Position numbers and translations under genes: made by a program
Notes under the pieces: generated by a model
What the model was told of the DNA's origin: nothing
The model's input: only the letters and a program-made list of their open reading frames with translations
The model's database searches: none
Part shown: positions 60,492 to 64,000 of the stretch, one piece after another
Layout: each line of letters starts with the position of its first letter
Position numbering within the stretch: the first letter of the stretch is position 1
Assembly (NCBI GenBank): GCA_045863295.1
Contig: BTWA01000020.1
Span: forward strand, 42,122 to 106,121
Reading direction: 5' to 3'
DNA from: Candidatus Hydrogenedentota bacterium
GTDB taxonomy: Bacteria > Hydrogenedentota > Hydrogenedentia > Hydrogenedentales > SLHB01
Length of the DNA stretch: 64,000 nt

Positions 60492-61601
60492 ATGACCATT
60501 CCCGGGGAATTGAATCCGCATCCGCGCATTTTGATGGGGCCGGGTCCCAGCAATGCCCATCCGAGGGTATTGCGCGCCATGGCGACGCCGTTGGTGGGCC
60601 ATCTGGATCCCGATTTTCTGGTCATCATGGATGACGTACAGACCATGCTCCGAACGGTTTTCCGGACGGAAAATCCGCTGACCTTCGCCGTGTCGGCACC
60701 GGGCAGCGCCGGTATGGAAGCTTGTCTGGTCAATCTTCTTGAACCGGGTGACGAGGCGATCATCGGAATCAACGGTGTATTTGGCAATCGCATGGCGGAT
60801 ATTGTGGAGCGGTGCGGCGCAAAGGCGGTGCGCGTGGAGGCGCCGTGGGGCGAGCCCATCGATCCGGATCACATTCGAACGGCAATTTCACAATCGAAAC
60901 CCAAGCTGGTGGCCGTGGTCCATGCGGAGACCTCGACCGGCGTTCGACAGCCATTGGAGTCCATCGGCCAGCTGGCACACGACGCGGGCGCGCTGTTCGT
61001 GGCGGACACGGTTACATCGCTTGGCGGCATCGACGTACGAATTGATGAGTGGGGTATTGACGCTGCCTATAGCGGCACGCAGAAATGCCTTAGCGCACCG
61101 CCCGGGCTTTCCCCCGTCACCTTTAGCGAGCGTGCGGTCGAGGCAATCTTGAAACGCAAGACCAAGGTGCAGAGTTGGTTCCTGGATGTGACCCTGATCC
61201 GGAACTACTGGGGTTCGGATCGGGTCTATCATCATACGGCGCCCATTTCGAGCGTGTATGCGTTGCGCGAAGCCCTGCGGCTCGTGTTGGAGGAAGGATT
61301 GGAGGCGCGATTCGCCCGTCATGCGATGGCGCATGCCCTTTTGCGCGAAGGCCTGGAAGCGATGGGCTTTGCGTTTCTGGTGAGGCCGGACTATCGATTG
61401 CCTCAATTGAATACGGTCAAGATTCCGGAAGGAGTCGACGACAAAGCGATCCGGAAGCGGCTGCTGGATGAATACAACATTGAAATCGGCGCGGCACTGG
61501 GTGCTTTTGCGGGTAAGTATTGGCGGATTGGCCTGATGGGCCATACCGCGGTATCCAACAACGTGCATGCGTTGTTGAGCGCATTGCGCGAACTACTTTG
61601 A
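60492..61601 (+). CDS. Alanine-glyoxylate/serine-pyruvate aminotransferase (class V)
   Basis: LMGPGPS, HAETSTG and [12 protein letters not shown] (PLP Lys) motifs; AGGAG RBS. Confidence 0.92.
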   Translation: MTIPGELNPHPRILMGPGPSNAHPRVLRAMATPLVGHLDPDFLVIMDDVQTMLRTVFRTENPLTFAVSAPGSAGMEACLVNLLEPGDEAIIGINGVFGNRMADIVERCGAKAVRVEAPWGEPIDPDHIRTAISQSKPKLVAVVHAETSTGVRQPLESIGQLAHDAGALFVADTVTSLGGIDVRIDEWGIDAAYSGTQKCLSAPPGLSPVTFSERAVEAILKRKTKVQSWFLDVTLIRNYWGSDRVYHHTAPISSVYALREALRLVLEEGLEARFARHAMAHALLREGLEAMGFAFLVRPDYRLPQLNTVKIPEGVDDKAIRKRLLDEYNIEIGAALGAFAGKYWRIGLMGHTAVSNNVHALLSALRELL

Positions 61602-61652
61602 TATCCATTCGGGCGAATTCTGGCGTGAAAACGAGCAAAAGGGCTATCGAGA

Positions 61653-62798
61653 ATGCACATTGCAGTACTGACACGAAACAAGAATTTATACAGCACGAGC
61701 CGGTTGATTGAGGCCGCACGGAAGCGGGGCCATAAAGTATCCGTTACCGATACACTCGCCTATGCGATTCACGTTGAGGAAGAGGTGCCCAGCCTGTGGT
61801 TTCGCGGCAAACCGGTGCGAACGTTTGACGCGGTGTTGCCGCGAATTGGCGCGTCCATCACGTTTTTCGGATGTTCGGTAGTCCGTCAGTTCGAACAAAT
61901 GGGTGTGTTTACGCTTAATTCGTCGCATTCCATTGCCGTCTCCCGGGACAAGCTTCGTTCGCTTCAGATATTGAGCCGGCACGAGATTGGGATACCGGCT
62001 TCCGTCTTCGTGCGGCGCAAGGCCGACGTGCTTCCCGCGATTGCGAGCCTGGGTGGAGCGCCCGTGATCATCAAATTGCTGGAAGGCACGCAAGGCATCG
62101 GCGTAATTCTGGCGGATACGATAGACATTGCGTCCGCGATAATTGAGACATTGCAAAGCACAAAGCAAAATGTTCTCATTCAGAAGTTTGTGGCCGAGAG
62201 CAAAGGGCGAGACATCCGTGCTTTTGTGGTGGGCGATCGGGTTGTGGCCGCGATGCGGCGCCGGGCACAGGGCCAGGAATTTCGAAGCAACGTGCACCGG
62301 GGCGGCAAAGCGGAAACGCTGGACTTGGATCCGGCGTTCGAACAGACAGCGGTACGCGCCGCACAGATTCTGGGACTGCGTGTAGCCGGCGTGGACATGT
62401 TAGAGGGGATCGAAGGGCCGCAAGTCATGGAAGTCAATTCATCCCCCGGCCTGGAAGGCATCGAAACCACGACGGGGGTAGACGTAGCAGGCGCCATTAT
62501 CGAGCATATGGAAGAGCAGGTGTTGTTCCCGGAGATCGATTTGCGCCAGCGGCTGACTGTAAAGGGCGGTTACGGCGTGGCGGAGTTGCCCATCAGCCAC
62601 GAGTCGGAACTGGTGGGAAAGACCGTAGCGACGTCTGGTTTGCGGGATCGGGACGTGCTTGTATTGAGCATTGACCGCAATGGGGTGGTCATTCCGAATC
62701 CCAAGGGCGCGAGAGAGATTTTGGCGGGCGACAAGCTTTTGTGTTTCGGCAAGCTGCTCACGTTGAAGGGTCTGGTACCGCTTAAGAAGGAGCATTGA
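61653..62798 (+). CDS. rimK: RimK-family alpha-L-glutamate ligase with a C-terminal TrkA-C domain
   Basis: PRIGAS, EGTQGIGV, FRSNVHRGG and EVNSSPG; C-terminal SELVGKTV..GLR..VLSIDR..IPNP..LAGDKL. Confidence 0.88.
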   Translation: MHIAVLTRNKNLYSTSRLIEAARKRGHKVSVTDTLAYAIHVEEEVPSLWFRGKPVRTFDAVLPRIGASITFFGCSVVRQFEQMGVFTLNSSHSIAVSRDKLRSLQILSRHEIGIPASVFVRRKADVLPAIASLGGAPVIIKLLEGTQGIGVILADTIDIASAIIETLQSTKQNVLIQKFVAESKGRDIRAFVVGDRVVAAMRRRAQGQEFRSNVHRGGKAETLDLDPAFEQTAVRAAQILGLRVAGVDMLEGIEGPQVMEVNSSPGLEGIETTTGVDVAGAIIEHMEEQVLFPEIDLRQRLTVKGGYGVAELPISHESELVGKTVATSGLRDRDVLVLSIDRNGVVIPNPKGAREILAGDKLLCFGKLLTLKGLVPLKKEH

Positions 62799-62823
62799 CG
62801 CCGGATTGGCTGGAAGTGAAGGC

Positions 62824-63915
62824 ATGAACCCGATGCGAGAATCCGGATTGCGAAATCGCGCAGACGTGCAAACCGCTCGCTTGTCGGCGTCAATCCTGAT
62901 TCTGGCATTCGCTGGAAGCTGGACCTCGCAGGCGGTACTTCCTGTACCGCAGAAGGAGGAACACTGCGGCGTGGCCAGTCTGGCGACACTGTTGCCGATT
63001 GTGGGCGGCGCGGATGCCGCGGAGTCGCAGGACGCTTTGGCGGTGCAACACAATGCTCGAATTCCTGAGTTTCACGAGCGCCGGCCTCAAGGCGCGCCTC
63101 CGATGCAGTATTACCCGGAATACCGTTTCACGTTTCAGCCCATATTGGCGGAAATGCTCATCGATCGCGGCTATTGTGTAATCAGTACGCGATCGATGAT
63201 GGACTGGGAATCAGGCAAGCCCAAAGAAATCGTCGTTCGCATATTGGAAGACATGTTGGATGCGGGCAGACTGGGCCTTGTCAGTTTTGACACACACTAC
63301 ATGGCGGTCACGGGATACGATCGGCCGCTTCGCCGTATCCGGTTTGCGGATCCGCTTCGGCCGACACAGCCCTTTGCGACCGGATTTGAGATATTTACAG
63401 ACGGTATGACCCGTTGGCATGCCACGCCGGATGGTCTTCCCTTTGATCCGTGGTATGGACGCATGTTGTTTTTTTGGAAGCCGGAGAGCGCGGCCGAGCG
63501 GGATCTTAATTTGCCCGGCGTGTGTCCGTATTGCCGCAAGCCGGAACCGGACACCGATCGAGTCTATTGCCGGGAGTGCGGCGTTTATATCGAACGCCGT
63601 ACGGAGCGGGGACTGTATCGCGCTTTGGATACCGTCGCACTGACGGCGCTGGACCATGTGCAAACACGACTGGAGCCTGATCGGGTACGGGTTGCGGGGG
63701 CCAACGCCGTGGCGACCGGGGCCCTAACCGAATCGGATTGGCGCACCGGGTTGACGTATTATCCGCTTGCTCCCCGCAGGGACGAGCCCATGCCCTATAT
63801 TGCATCGGTGGCGAAGCTGCATGGCGTTCGTGTTCAATCGATCTCCACAGCGGGTCTCGAATCAATCGTGTGTTCGAGCGAGAAATGGCCGTCGGCGCTC
63901 GCCGACGCCCGCTAA
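62824..63915 (+). CDS. Putative C39-like (papain-fold) peptidase with a zinc ribbon
   Basis: Q...HCGVASLA and HYMAVTGYD...FADP; CPYC...CRECG; start uncertain. Confidence 0.6.
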   Translation: MNPMRESGLRNRADVQTARLSASILILAFAGSWTSQAVLPVPQKEEHCGVASLATLLPIVGGADAAESQDALAVQHNARIPEFHERRPQGAPPMQYYPEYRFTFQPILAEMLIDRGYCVISTRSMMDWESGKPKEIVVRILEDMLDAGRLGLVSFDTHYMAVTGYDRPLRRIRFADPLRPTQPFATGFEIFTDGMTRWHATPDGLPFDPWYGRMLFFWKPESAAERDLNLPGVCPYCRKPEPDTDRVYCRECGVYIERRTERGLYRALDTVALTALDHVQTRLEPDRVRVAGANAVATGALTESDWRTGLTYYPLAPRRDEPMPYIASVAKLHGVRVQSISTAGLESIVCSSEKWPSALADAR

Positions 63916-64000
63916 CCCGCATTTTGCACCACGCTTAAATCGTGGGTGGAAGACTGAAGTACAGTCTCCGTGGAAGACTGAAGTACAGTCTCCGTGGAAG
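63913..64000. mobile_element. MITE/REPIN-like element, copy 4, with a tandem 24-bp unit (cut by the window end)
   Basis: TAACCCGCATTTTGCACC, then GTGGAAGACTGAAGTACAGTCTCC at 63946 and 63970 and a partial unit at 63994. Confidence 0.75.

Noticed and set aside
63946..64000. 24-bp palindromic repeat as a CRISPR array
   Set aside because: Units are head-to-tail with no spacers, no cas genes are in the window, and the unit belongs to the dispersed element

Overview
GC-rich bacterial chromosomal segment with about 60 genes and no rRNA, CRISPR-Cas, integrase or transposase. Gene content is PVC/Hydrogenedentota-like, which is only a weak inference. 0-13 kb is a surface-glycan locus (GT2/GT4 enzymes, two phosphoglycosyl transferases, gmhA/hddA/gmhB, an epimerase). 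It is followed by an enolase-superfamily gene, a secreted cytochrome c/LRR protein with seven Cys7-His repeats, a lutC-dinB-lutB(+CCG) cluster, and an orphan flgM with a near-consensus sigma-28 promoter. At 28.6-31.1 kb are tRNA-Leu(CAG) and a Ro60/Rsr (TROVE) gene with two downstream Y-RNA-like genes and a possible third upstream. The rest holds a Ser/Thr kinase, carbohydrate and housekeeping genes, a repeat-rich duplicated HGGxSTG-like locus (51.3-53.5 kb), a MarR-nitroreductase-pirin unit, a LacI regulator next to a candidate sRNA, rimK and a C39-like peptidase. Highlights: the multi-Y-RNA Ro60 locus; a ~200-bp dispersed element whose ends coincide with stop codons of flanking genes and which carries an invertible, expandable REP-like unit; the Cys-rich repeat cytochrome; and several apparent pseudo-enzymes. 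All calls come from manual motif reading. No searches were run, and several start codons were re-picked by eye.
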